64,000 bases of DNA from the IMG/VR virus record IMGVR_UViG_3300002307_000050; one strand, written 5' to 3'. The translations under genes and the position numbers were made by a program. The number at the start of each line of letters is the position of its first letter. Position 1 is the stretch's first letter. Shown here piece by piece: positions 1 through 9,213 of the stretch. The stretch is from a virus. Under the pieces are notes generated by a model. The model made no database searches, was not told where the DNA came from, and saw nothing but the letters and a program-made list of their open reading frames with translations.

Positions 1-231
1 AAGAAGTACGACCTTCGTTGCTTCTATCTTCCCAAGACCAATTCTTTTGTCTTACATAAGGAGGGTCGCGCAGTTCAGCACTTCAACGAAACTCAGTTCT
101 ACCAGAAACCGAAGATGGTTCGTGAGAAGGAGATGACGCCGCTCGTTAAACTTGGCCTCGTTCACAACTTAGATGAGCGAGTGAAGAACCAATTATTTCT
201 CAATCGAAAGCTTGGGAAGCTAATTTATTAA
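1..231 (+). CDS. 3' part of an 89-aa hypothetical protein, truncated by the window start; full copy at 48020..48289
   Basis: Sequence 1..15942 is identical to 48059..64000, so this ORF continues from the GroEL-portal spacer gene. Confidence 0.3.
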   Translation, partial: KKYDLRCFYLPKTNSFVLHKEGRAVQHFNETQFYQKPKMVREKEMTPLVKLGLVHNLDERVKNQLFLNRKLGKLIY

Positions 232-235
232 AGCT

Positions 236-2227
236 ATGGCGACAACAGCAGAGAACAAAGACAAAGTGAAATTGGAAAACGTCCGTCAGCCTCGACACGA
301 GGAACTGGAGGTTGTTGGTGCGATCTTCGATCGTTACTATCGATGGCGATCTCAGCGTGACGGTACGATAGACCAATTCCAAGGGCGCTCACTCGAGCAG
401 TTCCTCACTACGTCTCGCGAGCTCTTCTGGAACTCGACAGTAACTCCAAGCAACGACCTCTCTGCGCTTGATCTCAGCCTATCGATCGGATTCATCCGAA
501 AGGAGGTGTGGGACTTCGCTTCTCGACTCGTCTCTCAGGACTTTCGCGGAAGAATGGATGGAGAAAACCTTGATACCTACGGTGTTAAGGTTCTTCAGGC
601 CATGTACGACAAGTGGCGCTTCAAGTCCAACGACAAGGTTGAGAAATTCTGGCAGATCCTCTACGGAGCGGTGAACGGAACCGTCGTGGAGTTCGTCGGA
701 TACAACGACTCAAAGGTTACCCACCGATATCTTCGCGAGTACGACAAGGCGAAGGGAGGATACCGAATCGAAGAGAAGGATGACTACTACTGGAACGACG
801 TGTGGACTGAAATCGCGCCCGTCGAGGACATATACTTCTCGAAGCTCTGGGAACGCGATGCTCAGAGACAGGGACGTTTGCTGTGGCGCACGCAAGTCGA
901 CTGGAAGGACTTCCAACGCGACTTCCATATGTACGAGAACGCAGAGTACGTATATCCGGGAAACCAGATCAGCGACGACTCGCTCTACTTCCGACTCCTT
1001 CGCGGGTCAGGCGTTACTTCGACAGACAAAGTTGAGATCCTCAAAGAGTACGACGTCGTTCAAGACCGATTCACAATCGTCGCGAACGGAGTATGGCTCA
1101 ACCCACTCAAGGGAAAGCTTGGAATTGCCCCAATGCCTTTCAACCACAAGCTCATGCCTTTCGGCGTGACTCAGTGGAAGGGAATCGACGAGAAGTTCGT
1201 GTACGGAATGTCGATGCCATTTGAATTGAAGGACTATCAGAAGATCCTCAATACCTCGATGACGATGCTCGTCGAGCAGGAGCTCCGCGACATCGACCCG
1301 CCGATCATCTCGAGCGACTTCGAGTCTCCTCAGCTCATCTTCGGTCAGCACAAGGTCATTCCGGTCAACGACGTGAACGCGTACAAGGTCATGGAGACCA
1401 AGCCCGCTTCGAACTCGTTCTTCAACATGGTCAACTCGCTCCAGTCACTCATGTCCGCTCAGGCGAACGGGGGAACTCAGCAGATCGCCCCTTCACGTCA
1501 GCCAAAGTCTGCTCGCGAGGCGATGCAGATGGCTCAGCTCAAGCAGGAGTCTCTCGGAAACGCATTGCTCATGTACTACAACATGCTCCGTCAGGAAATG
1601 ACTCTCATGCTGAAGACCGCAGTCCAGTTCTACCCAACCAACAAGTACGCGAAGATCAACAACCGCATCGTTCGCGCGATCAAGATCCCAGACACGTCTC
1701 TCACCACTGGTGGAGTCGGAAACCTCAACGTTCGATTCGTGCATAAGAAGCAGGACGACCTCATCACGTACTTCGAGTCAGTCGAGAAGTCTCTCCAAGA
1801 TGGACGTCAGACCGAGATCATCGAATGTCCCATCGAAGTGCTTCAGGACCTCGACTTCATAATCCATGAGATCGAGCTCAAGCCCGCGAAGGCTTCTGAG
1901 ATCGAGAAGGCAGCTTGGATGGAGCAGATGTTCACTCCGATGATGCAGTACTTCGTTCCGATGGGAATCGCGGACCCTGCGAAGGTCTACCTTCAGCTCC
2001 TCGAGAAATACGGAGAGCACCCTGCGGACTACACCTCAGACAAGGTTCTACCTCAGCTCATGGCGACATGGGGAAACGAGATGAACTTCCAGATGCCAGA
2101 CCCAAAGAAGCCAGACTCAATGAAGCAAGGCGCTCTCGGACCTCAGACTGGAAACCTTAATCAATCTAATACCGGCACTCGATTCGGAGGTCAGGGAGGA
2201 GCTCCCATCCCCGCACCCGCTGCCTAA
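236..2227 (+). CDS. putative portal protein (663 aa)
   Basis: Large ORF directly after the TerL/GroEL block in the head-morphogenesis position; size typical of portals; Gly/Gln-rich C-terminus. No motif-level proof. Confidence 0.5.
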   Translation: MATTAENKDKVKLENVRQPRHEELEVVGAIFDRYYRWRSQRDGTIDQFQGRSLEQFLTTSRELFWNSTVTPSNDLSALDLSLSIGFIRKEVWDFASRLVSQDFRGRMDGENLDTYGVKVLQAMYDKWRFKSNDKVEKFWQILYGAVNGTVVEFVGYNDSKVTHRYLREYDKAKGGYRIEEKDDYYWNDVWTEIAPVEDIYFSKLWERDAQRQGRLLWRTQVDWKDFQRDFHMYENAEYVYPGNQISDDSLYFRLLRGSGVTSTDKVEILKEYDVVQDRFTIVANGVWLNPLKGKLGIAPMPFNHKLMPFGVTQWKGIDEKFVYGMSMPFELKDYQKILNTSMTMLVEQELRDIDPPIISSDFESPQLIFGQHKVIPVNDVNAYKVMETKPASNSFFNMVNSLQSLMSAQANGGTQQIAPSRQPKSAREAMQMAQLKQESLGNALLMYYNMLRQEMTLMLKTAVQFYPTNKYAKINNRIVRAIKIPDTSLTTGGVGNLNVRFVHKKQDDLITYFESVEKSLQDGRQTEIIECPIEVLQDLDFIIHEIELKPAKASEIEKAAWMEQMFTPMMQYFVPMGIADPAKVYLQLLEKYGEHPADYTSDKVLPQLMATWGNEMNFQMPDPKKPDSMKQGALGPQTGNLNQSNTGTRFGGQGGAPIPAPAA

Positions 2228-2235
2228 ATAAAATC

Positions 2236-2481
2236 ATGATCTCACGAAAGATAAAGAAAGTCGTTCTCAGCATGGACATCTTGAAAGAGATGCTCACTCA
2301 GGGCATGGCAGTGAACTACACTGTCACTCAGGGTATCCCTGAAGATGCCGTGATCATCAGCATGGAGAAGAATCGCGACGAGAAGACATACACGCTCATC
2401 GTCCATAGCGACACCTTCAAAGAGGCTCATGACAGCACGGTGCTCGACACCATGGACATCATCGTTACAAAGATAAACTAA
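2236..2481 (+). CDS. hypothetical protein (81 aa)
   Basis: Tightly packed ORF in the late operon, in frame with its neighbours. Confidence 0.35.
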   Translation: MISRKIKKVVLSMDILKEMLTQGMAVNYTVTQGIPEDAVIISMEKNRDEKTYTLIVHSDTFKEAHDSTVLDTMDIIVTKIN

Positions 2482-2486
2482 ATACC

Positions 2487-3017
2487 ATGAAGTTAAATCC
2501 CAAAATACTCAAGAGAATACTAGAGTCGAACAGAGAGTTCTTCGAGAAGGAGCTTCTGACGAACGAAGAGCTCGAGAAGCAGTTCGACAAGAAGAGAAGT
2601 TTCTTCAACAACCTATTCATCCGAGACATCATCGGGTACATTCCCGCATCGCTCAACGAGCCAGTGCTCAGGATATTCGAAGAGCATGGAGAGCTGCTCG
2701 AGCGTTGGCTCCTCTGGCAGTCATGGTACATCAACCGAAAGATCCTGAAGGATCCGGAGAGGATCCAGTTCTTCGACGGAGTTCTCCTGTATCTCAAGAC
2801 ACTTCACACGATGGCATCGACGAAGAAGCGCATCAAGACGACAGAGGCAATATACTCAGCGCCAAAGCCGGACAAGCCGTGGGTCGATGAAGCATTATCA
2901 GACATAGAATTTTTCACTAAAAATGCAAAAGATCAAATCAATAAGCGCGCCCAAGAGAGTGGCGCCGAAAATGCCGAAAACGATCTCTCAGAAGTCGCCA
3001 AAGTTATCGAAGGCTAA
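2487..3017 (+). CDS. hypothetical head-module protein (176 aa)
   Basis: ORF packed after the portal and followed by an intrinsic terminator. Confidence 0.4.
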   Translation: MKLNPKILKRILESNREFFEKELLTNEELEKQFDKKRSFFNNLFIRDIIGYIPASLNEPVLRIFEEHGELLERWLLWQSWYINRKILKDPERIQFFDGVLLYLKTLHTMASTKKRIKTTEAIYSAPKPDKPWVDEALSDIEFFTKNAKDQINKRAQESGAENAENDLSEVAKVIEG

Positions 3018-3076
3018 GGCATCGAAATCAGTCGGAGTGTCGTTTGGAAAGAGCAAGAAAAGCATGTAATCCACAG

Positions 3077-3105
3077 GAGCGCCCTTTACGGGGCGTTTTT
3101 GTTTT
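3077..3105 (+). terminator. rho-independent terminator (gcgccc-loop-gggcg stem followed by a T-run)
   Basis: GC stem-loop 'gagcgccctttacggggcg' followed by tttttgttttg. Confidence 0.6.
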
Positions 3106-3142
3106 GTGGTACAATTAGGGAAGCAATAAATCTGATACACGA

Positions 3143-3685
3143 ATGAAGAATTTTTATGAAATTTTAGGTGTCGCAAAGACGGCCTCCAAAGAGGAAATCA
3201 AAAAGGCTTTTCACGTGCTCGCTCACAAGCATCACCCAGACAAGCCCGGAGGAAACGAGGCAGAGTTCAAGAAGTGCAACGAGGCGTACCAGACTCTCAG
3301 CGACGACTCGAAGCGATCGCAGTACGACATGACCATCGGTCACGGAAACGGATTTCCATTCACGTCTCACGGCTACTCTCCTCCAAGGAGACAGACTCAC
3401 ACCTACACGACATACACCAACAACTCAGGATTCTACTATCGAGCATCGCAGCAACAGGAGAGTAATGAGGATTTCGCCGATCGAATGCAGAAGATGTCAG
3501 ACATGCTCAAGCAGCAGATGGAAAACATGAGGTATAGTCAGGCTCAGCAACAGAAGACAGCTAATGACTACGCGGACGAAATTCGGAAGAGCACGGAGAG
3601 AACCGAGAAGATGTACAGGGCGAAACGTGCATTCAGTATGGGAGATTTTATTATTTTTGACGATCTAGATATAAACGACTTATGA
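3143..3685 (+). CDS. J-domain (DnaJ-like) co-chaperone, 180 aa
   Basis: N-terminus [10 protein letters not shown]...[15 protein letters not shown] carries the canonical J-domain with the HPD motif. Confidence 0.8.
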   Translation: MKNFYEILGVAKTASKEEIKKAFHVLAHKHHPDKPGGNEAEFKKCNEAYQTLSDDSKRSQYDMTIGHGNGFPFTSHGYSPPRRQTHTYTTYTNNSGFYYRASQQQESNEDFADRMQKMSDMLKQQMENMRYSQAQQQKTANDYADEIRKSTERTEKMYRAKRAFSMGDFIIFDDLDINDL

Positions 3686-4074
3686 AAATAGACATAAAGA
3701 CAATTCCGCACAAAGACCAGAGATACCCGACAGTGGGCGACTGGTGGTTCGACGACGAGACCAAGACACTCAACATACGAGTTTCCGACATGGGAGACGT
3801 CGAGATGGAGTACCTCGTGATTGACCACGAGCTTCGCGAGGCGATGATCTGCAACCATCGCGGAATCAGCGAGAAGGCGATCAGCAATTTCGACATCCTC
3901 TTCGAGAAGATCCGCGCAGAGAATCCTGAGATCATCGGAGACATGGAGCCGGGAGACATGATCGGTGCTCCGTATCACATGGCGCATAAATTCGCGACAG
4001 ACGTGGAGAAGGTAACCGCAGCTCAGCTTGAGGTCGACTGGGACAAATATTCAGAGAAGGTAAACTCTCTATGA
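3682..4074 (+). CDS. hypothetical protein (130 aa) in the J-domain cassette
   Basis: ORF whose start overlaps the upstream stop by 4 nt (translational coupling). Confidence 0.4.
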   Translation: MKIDIKTIPHKDQRYPTVGDWWFDDETKTLNIRVSDMGDVEMEYLVIDHELREAMICNHRGISEKAISNFDILFEKIRAENPEIIGDMEPGDMIGAPYHMAHKFATDVEKVTAAQLEVDWDKYSEKVNSL

Positions 4075-4355
4075 TCGGAATCGCCGAGCTCATCAAGAAC
4101 AGGCCAGTAGAATCTGCCGAGGTCATTTCAGCTAGAAAGGAGATCCTCGACAAGTTCATAAAGGTCATCAACGACGGCCGTAGGATGGCGGGTTACAAGC
4201 CGTACCCTGCGAGCTTCGTCGTCATCAAGATGTACAAGGCGGGATACAAGTCAGTTAGTCAGCTCTGGATGTTCTGGGGTTCGTGCAGTGATGCGCAGAA
4301 TTTCAGTTCATACTGGCACTGGAAACTAAAGAAGGAAAACTATGAAAAACAATAA
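4071..4355 (+). CDS. hypothetical protein (94 aa) in the J-domain cassette
   Basis: ORF with a 4-nt overlap to the upstream gene. Confidence 0.4.
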   Translation: MIGIAELIKNRPVESAEVISARKEILDKFIKVINDGRRMAGYKPYPASFVVIKMYKAGYKSVSQLWMFWGSCSDAQNFSSYWHWKLKKENYEKQ

Positions 4356-4521
4356 AGATCATTTATACATCGAGCTCACGGAGGTGAAGTCGTACATGAA
4401 GGGCATTTCGCCAAAAACTTCTACGTACCAAAATCTCGAAAAGCGAAAAAACGAGATCGAAAAATTACTCGAGCAGGACACAAGTCCGGTTCTCAGCATC
4501 AAGTCAAAGGTTTCGGCGTAA
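4342..4521 (+). CDS. small hypothetical protein (~59 aa)
   Basis: ATG overlaps the previous stop and the ORF ends just before a terminator; below the 60-aa ORF-track cutoff. Confidence 0.25.
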   Translation: MKNNKDHLYIELTEVKSYMKGISPKTSTYQNLEKRKNEIEKLLEQDTSPVLSIKSKVSA

Positions 4522-4544
4522 AAATTACCCTATATGCAAGGAAA

Positions 4545-4576
4545 AAGCACTGAGTATCTCTATTCAGTGCTTTTTT
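4545..4576 (+). terminator. rho-independent terminator (agcactga/tcagtgct stem followed by T6)
   Basis: 8-bp perfect stem followed by tttttt. Confidence 0.65.
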
Positions 4577-4579
4577 AGT

Positions 4580-5093
4580 ATTCGTATTTGATTCGTATCG
4601 TATTTTGCCTCTTTATTTCTGGAGTTGTTACGACCCCCCTACCCCCCAAAGACTAAAAAATCTTTTGAAAGCAAGAAGTCGTCACAACAGGCTCTTTATC
4701 CCCGTCGGTGCAATTTATAGGATGCACACCCATGACGTTCGCAGACACGCTTAAAGTCCTCTGCTCTAACCCCGGACTATAAAAACGAAAAAACCCTTTC
4801 ACAAGGGCTTATATGTTCTGACTTTTAAGGTCAGCAAGAGGGACTAGCCCTCCATATAAGCGCCCCATGAAAAGGTTCTTTAAAATCTTTCCGCGTGAGG
4901 TGCTCCTTGTGGCAGGTGACGAATCAACTGCACACAAAGTATAGCACCATCTCTCTACCAGTGTCAGTAGAGTTATCCACAATAGGTAACGCCGTTTGCT
5001 ATTATTTTGTGACAGTCGTATAATGTTTTCGTATAGGACTGCCGCCGAGTCAAGAAATTAGGGCGTGTGCGTTTAATATAACCTCGGGCGTGA
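4580..5093. other. 514-bp non-coding, hairpin-rich region between the J-domain cassette and the capsid module (candidate ncRNA, pac site or late control region)
   Basis: No ORF of 60 aa or more on either strand. Several stable hairpins (ccctt-tcac-aaggg; ctgac..gtcag; ctctac..gtagag) and C-runs (cccccctacccccc). Confidence 0.3.
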
Positions 5094-5123
5094 ATGATGG
5101 GCCGCCGCCATCGGAAAAAATGT

Positions 5124-5753
5124 ATGGATCCAAAAAAGCTTGTAGATGATTTTGTGGAAGGAAAGATTACCGAAGACCAGTTCATCGCGGAAAAAGAAAA
5201 ACTCTCCGCCGAAGATCTTGCGAAGTTGGATGAGGCTGCTAAGTCAGCAATCCCAACTGCTACTCAGAAATTGATTGACGTAAGACGCGGTACAAAAAAG
5301 ATCGAGGAAGCAGCACCGGCTGCACCAGATTTTGGAAAGAAGTTCCGTGAAGAAAATTTAGCTAAAGCCAAGCAACGTATTGCTACTGAAATCGCGTTTG
5401 AAAAGGAAGAGGATCGCATCGCATTCCTTCAGGAGTTCGAGCAGAGAGATCCGGGAAGCGTAGACGTGGAAAATATCGTTCGCGATATGAAGTCTCACTA
5501 TGCAGCCAAGCATCCAGAGGAATTCTTCGACCTCAAGAAGAGATCAGATGAACTCAAGGCAAATGCAGACGAATTCACTAGCATGGGAGCAGGGCCAAAC
5601 GGCACAGGTCAGGGTGGTGGTGACGGTGGTGGAAAAAAGAAGTACTCTCCAGAGGCGATCGCGTTGTATAACGCAGGAAAGGCTCGCGGAAGCACTCTCA
5701 CTATCGATCAATACCAAGCTCAAGTTGAGGCAGAGCGCAACAAGAGCAAGTAA
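5124..5753 (+). CDS. putative scaffolding protein (acidic, helical; ORF opens at 5094, likely start 5124)
   Basis: E/K/A-rich helical composition with a Gly-rich segment, located immediately upstream of the capsid genes. Confidence 0.35.
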   Translation: MDPKKLVDDFVEGKITEDQFIAEKEKLSAEDLAKLDEAAKSAIPTATQKLIDVRRGTKKIEEAAPAAPDFGKKFREENLAKAKQRIATEIAFEKEEDRIAFLQEFEQRDPGSVDVENIVRDMKSHYAAKHPEEFFDLKKRSDELKANADEFTSMGAGPNGTGQGGGDGGGKKKYSPEAIALYNAGKARGSTLTIDQYQAQVEAERNKSK

Positions 5754-5826
5754 AATTTTTCTCTCTAGAAAATTATCTATAAGCGATTCGGGAAATCCAT
5801 GCGGGTTACTGGTCGCTTATTTTTAA

Positions 5827-5844
5827 TTTTATTAGCCTAATTTT
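5827..5844 (+). promoter_or_regulatory. palindromic motif ttttattagcctaatttt, 16 nt upstream of the 5860 ATG; copy 1 of 2
   Basis: Exact 18-19-nt repeat with 6628..6645; imperfect palindrome ATTAG-C-CTAAT; resembles a TAnnTTT -7 element. Confidence 0.3.
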
Positions 5845-5859
5845 TAGAAGAAAAACATT

Positions 5860-6612
5860 ATGTTTATTCCAAGAAAAGAATTACTCGACCAATTTTTGGT
5901 CAAAGCAGTTGTAGGAAACGGTCTCACTATCGCAATCGGCGATGCGATCATCCTCAACCGCGTTGGAACAGGAGTATTCACTGTAACAATCGCCTCACCT
6001 GCTGTGTTCTCACAGACAGCTCACGGCCTCGTTGCGGGAGATGCAGTCCAGTTCCAGACAAGTGGCGCTTTGCCTACAGGTCTCGTAGCAGGTACAACCT
6101 ATTACGTCATCGCGGCAGGTCTCACATCGAACGCGTTCGAAGTCTCAGCTACTCTCGGTGGCTCAGCGGTGAACACATCAGGCTCACAGTCTGGTACTCA
6201 CTCTATGTACACGATTACCCCAACAGTCAAAGGTGCTGCGAACACAACTGCCGAAATTCTCGGTACTGTACGCTCCATCCTTGGTCCAAACGCAAAGCCG
6301 CTCGAAGTTACTTCGTACACGACTGCATTGGATAACACTGTAAACGCACAGGTCATGGTTGAGTTCTTGCCTTCTCAGATGGATACGACTTACCTCGCAG
6401 ACCTCTCAGCAGCAGCGAACACTACTCCGAACTCTAACCTCATGGGTTGGTTCAACCTCTCGACTACCCTCAACGGTACGCTTGACGAGTCTTCATATGT
6501 CGCGACAAACTCTACGACATACAGCTCAACGAAGCAGTTCTTCTCTTACGGAGTGAACCCTTCGAACTCAAGTCAGGTCATTGGTATCTGGGCATCACGC
6601 GCACGCATTTAA
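5860..6612 (+). CDS. virion protein (250 aa) with an ~80-aa domain shared with the 795-aa protein at 18534..20921; possible capsid decoration or Ig-like protein
   Basis: Motif HGLVAGDAVQFQTSGALP...TTYYVIAAGLTSNAFEVS...SGSQSGTH is about 55% identical to residues ~180-250 of the 18534 ORF. Confidence 0.45.
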   Translation: MFIPRKELLDQFLVKAVVGNGLTIAIGDAIILNRVGTGVFTVTIASPAVFSQTAHGLVAGDAVQFQTSGALPTGLVAGTTYYVIAAGLTSNAFEVSATLGGSAVNTSGSQSGTHSMYTITPTVKGAANTTAEILGTVRSILGPNAKPLEVTSYTTALDNTVNAQVMVEFLPSQMDTTYLADLSAAANTTPNSNLMGWFNLSTTLNGTLDESSYVATNSTTYSSTKQFFSYGVNPSNSSQVIGIWASRARI

Positions 6613-6627
6613 TCCCGTCGACTTTTA

Positions 6628-6645
6628 TTTTATTAGCCTAATTTT
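6628..6645 (+). promoter_or_regulatory. palindromic motif ttttattagcctaatttt, 12 nt upstream of the capsid-gene ATG; copy 2 of 2
   Basis: Exact repeat of 5827..5844. Confidence 0.3.
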
Positions 6646-6656
6646 ACTAACAAATT

Positions 6657-7769
6657 ATGGAACCATTTTATCAAGGCCCATTAGACGTATTCCTCGTAGG
6701 ACTTCGCGCTGAATTCAACGCAGTCGAAGATCAGGGAAAACGTTCACTTCAGGCTCTCATCGATTACTCGATGATCGGAACTGAATCAAAGGCAAACGCC
6801 TTGTACCTCAACGTCTCAGGATCAACTCCGGAAGGAATGATCGCTGTATGGCGCCACACTGGAACTACAGGGGTCAACGGACCAGTAGGAAAGCGTGCAG
6901 CAGGTGATCGCTACCCTAACGCTCAGTACCTCCGCACATGGGAGACTACTGTGTACGATCCAGACTCTCAGGATGCCGACCAGATCGTCGTCCCAGAGGA
7001 ACGCCTCGCAAAGGAAGCGACTGTCTACAAGACTTACCTCAACCGCGGTCAGAAGCTCTACGAAAAGTTCGTTCGTCAGAACGTACTCGACACATTCGAG
7101 CTCTTGAACCTCGCTTGGACTCTTCCAACCTCATACCCTTCAGCGAAGTTCTTCGCGAAAGGATCTCAAGGTCTCGATGGAAACTACACTGCTCTCAACG
7201 AGCGTTTGATTTCCACTCAGCACGCCCTTGCGAACGGAGGCACTACTCGAAGCAACGCTGTCCAGACATCTGGAAACGCAGCGCCATTCTCAACGACAAC
7301 TTACTTTGCTGCTAAAGAGCAGGGAGGAGCCACTGTTGACGATGTTGCAGAGCCAATGCCAATGTTCGGAGGAATGCTCGACATCTACGTTCCTAACTAC
7401 AACGGTATGGTGAAGGCAGTGAAGGACATCAACGAATCTATGTGGGAGCCGGGCGGAGCGAACAACGACATCAACGTGTTGAAGTCTGGATTCGAACGCA
7501 TCGTCACTTCTCCATACATCGGTACTTCATACTACATCCCTACGATCTCTAACCTCCGCTCATGGATCTTGGCTGATCGCAGCTCTGTAGACCCACAGAT
7601 CGGTACTGGTTTCGTGCGCGTAGAGTTCTGGCCTATGAGTTCAAAGGTTGAACGTGTAGATCCAAACGATGCTATCGCTTACAAGGTTAAGCAAGAGTAC
7701 TCATACGGATACGTCGACTGGAGAAACTTCCTCGGTTCGAAGGGAGACGGTGCTGCCTACTCAGGCTAA
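6657..7769 (+). CDS. putative major capsid protein (370 aa)
   Basis: Position after the scaffold-like gene, size in the HK97-fold range, and shares the upstream promoter motif; fold not verifiable by eye. Confidence 0.45.
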   Translation: MEPFYQGPLDVFLVGLRAEFNAVEDQGKRSLQALIDYSMIGTESKANALYLNVSGSTPEGMIAVWRHTGTTGVNGPVGKRAAGDRYPNAQYLRTWETTVYDPDSQDADQIVVPEERLAKEATVYKTYLNRGQKLYEKFVRQNVLDTFELLNLAWTLPTSYPSAKFFAKGSQGLDGNYTALNERLISTQHALANGGTTRSNAVQTSGNAAPFSTTTYFAAKEQGGATVDDVAEPMPMFGGMLDIYVPNYNGMVKAVKDINESMWEPGGANNDINVLKSGFERIVTSPYIGTSYYIPTISNLRSWILADRSSVDPQIGTGFVRVEFWPMSSKVERVDPNDAIAYKVKQEYSYGYVDWRNFLGSKGDGAAYSG

Positions 7770-7798
7770 ATTATCAACGATAATATTGAAGATAATTT

Positions 7799-8449
7799 AT
7801 GAACACACCACTACCAAAGAACTACCAGTCTCCGGGCTCCGACTTCTCTGCGAAGTCTGAGATCAACTCAAATGTATTCATTTGGGAAAAGAACGGACGT
7901 GGGTACGCGATGCAGTGCAAGACTACTACTGGCTCGGGAGTGATCCCTCCAACTGACACGAACCTCTTCGGACAGGGTTGTGAAATCATGATCGTTGATA
8001 GCGGCATGAAATTCACAAACTCTGCCCAAGACGGTCTCGCGCCGGTCTGGTCAGGAATTGCGATCACCAAGAAGGTGTCTCTCACTTCAGCACAGATCCT
8101 CGCGCTCAATACCACAGCAGTGGAGCTCGTAGCAGCTCCATCAGCGGGGTATGTCCTCGATATCGTCTCAGTCGTCGGTCGCATGAACTTCCTCACGGCA
8201 GCGTATGCAACAAACACAGAGCTCGACATCATCGACACGACATTGGGTACTGTCTTGTTCAAAGACACTGCCACATTGCTCGCGGCGGCAGCGACGAAAG
8301 TCGTGAAGGTAGAGCCGAACATCGCATCGAACGTTGGCCTCGCGGTCACTTCGGCGGGATCGGTATCTGCCAAGGTTGCGACGGGTAACCCTGCCACTGG
8401 CGCGGGAACCCTCGACATCTACATTACTTACTCGATAATTCCACTCTAA
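7799..8449 (+). CDS. virion structural protein (216 aa, A/T/V-rich)
   Basis: Packed ORF in the structural module. Confidence 0.4.
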   Translation: MNTPLPKNYQSPGSDFSAKSEINSNVFIWEKNGRGYAMQCKTTTGSGVIPPTDTNLFGQGCEIMIVDSGMKFTNSAQDGLAPVWSGIAITKKVSLTSAQILALNTTAVELVAAPSAGYVLDIVSVVGRMNFLTAAYATNTELDIIDTTLGTVLFKDTATLLAAAATKVVKVEPNIASNVGLAVTSAGSVSAKVATGNPATGAGTLDIYITYSIIPL

Positions 8450-8453
8450 TCCC

Positions 8454-8738
8454 ATGAATATCATCACAACGCAAAGTGAACCGATCGAATTCCTTCTCCG
8501 CAGAGGACGAAAGATTTTGATCACTCCTACAGTTCCGGTAACCGTCGACGAAGCAGAATATGTAATCCTCGACTCACGTCTTGGGTCACAGATCAAGCTT
8601 GTTGCCGACGAATCGAAACCTGCGGAAGCCGTTCAGGCTCCAGTCGTCACAGAAGAAGTCACAGCCCCAGTAGTAACTGCCCCAGTGGTAGAAGCTCCGA
8701 AAGTTGAGGCTCCTGCGCAGACGAACGTAGAGGGTTAG
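8454..8738 (+). CDS. small structural protein with a C-terminal (A)PVVT/E low-complexity repeat (94 aa)
   Basis: ORF; C-terminus APVVTEEVTAPVVTAPVVEAPKVEAP. Confidence 0.35.
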   Translation: MNIITTQSEPIEFLLRRGRKILITPTVPVTVDEAEYVILDSRLGSQIKLVADESKPAEAVQAPVVTEEVTAPVVTAPVVEAPKVEAPAQTNVEG

Positions 8739-8746
8739 TCGTTTAC

Positions 8747-8768
8747 TCCCGAGCTTTAGGGCTCGGGG
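8747..8768 (+). promoter_or_regulatory. stable 8-bp hairpin (tcccgagc/gctcgggg) after the 94-aa gene with no U-run; candidate RNA stability or attenuation element
   Basis: Inverted repeat read directly from the sequence. Confidence 0.3.
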
Positions 8769-8810
8769 AATAAGTGCCTAATCCATTATCAACTTAACCA
8801 GTAAAAAATT

Positions 8811-9212
8811 ATGTCTAGAGATAAATCAGGTGTCACAAAAGTTCTCGATGGTGCAAGTGCGCTAGGTATTGGTGCCGCAGTAGACGTCTCCGACTGGAGG
8901 CACGTAGAGATGCAGATATCCTCTTCAGGAAGCGCTGCATTCACGCTCAAATTTCAGATCTCGCAGTCTGCTGACAAGCCAGACTTCAACTCGGCAGCAT
9001 CAGCGACCAATCGATGGACCTATGTCCAAGCGAAAAACCTCGACACTGCAGCGACGATCGACGGTAGCACCGGCGTTGTGTTCGCAGCGGATGCAGTGGT
9101 CAACGTAGAGATCAACACAAACCTTATAAAGTGGATCTGCCCTAAGATTACTGCGTACACGCAAGGAAAGGTCTTCTGCGACCTCTCAGCTTGCAACGAC
9201 AGTCTCCAATAA
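8811..9212 (+). CDS. virion protein (133 aa)
   Basis: Packed ORF. Confidence 0.4.
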   Translation: MSRDKSGVTKVLDGASALGIGAAVDVSDWRHVEMQISSSGSAAFTLKFQISQSADKPDFNSAASATNRWTYVQAKNLDTAATIDGSTGVVFAADAVVNVEINTNLIKWICPKITAYTQGKVFCDLSACNDSLQ

Positions 9213-9213
9213 C

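Noticed and set aside
5094-5123. Upstream ATG (MMGRRHRKKCM...) as the start of the scaffold-like gene
   Set aside because: The first 10 codons are basic and atypical. The internal ATG at 5124 (MDPKKLVDDF) gives a more plausible N-terminus. Either start is possible, so the call has low confidence
7822-8596. Minus-strand ORFs of 198 and 142 aa antisense to the structural genes, and similar antisense ORFs throughout 236..27283 (such as 16092..16646 and 17626..18300)
   Set aside because: All recognisable genes in this block are on the plus strand and tightly packed. The antisense translations are low-complexity and lack plausible start contexts
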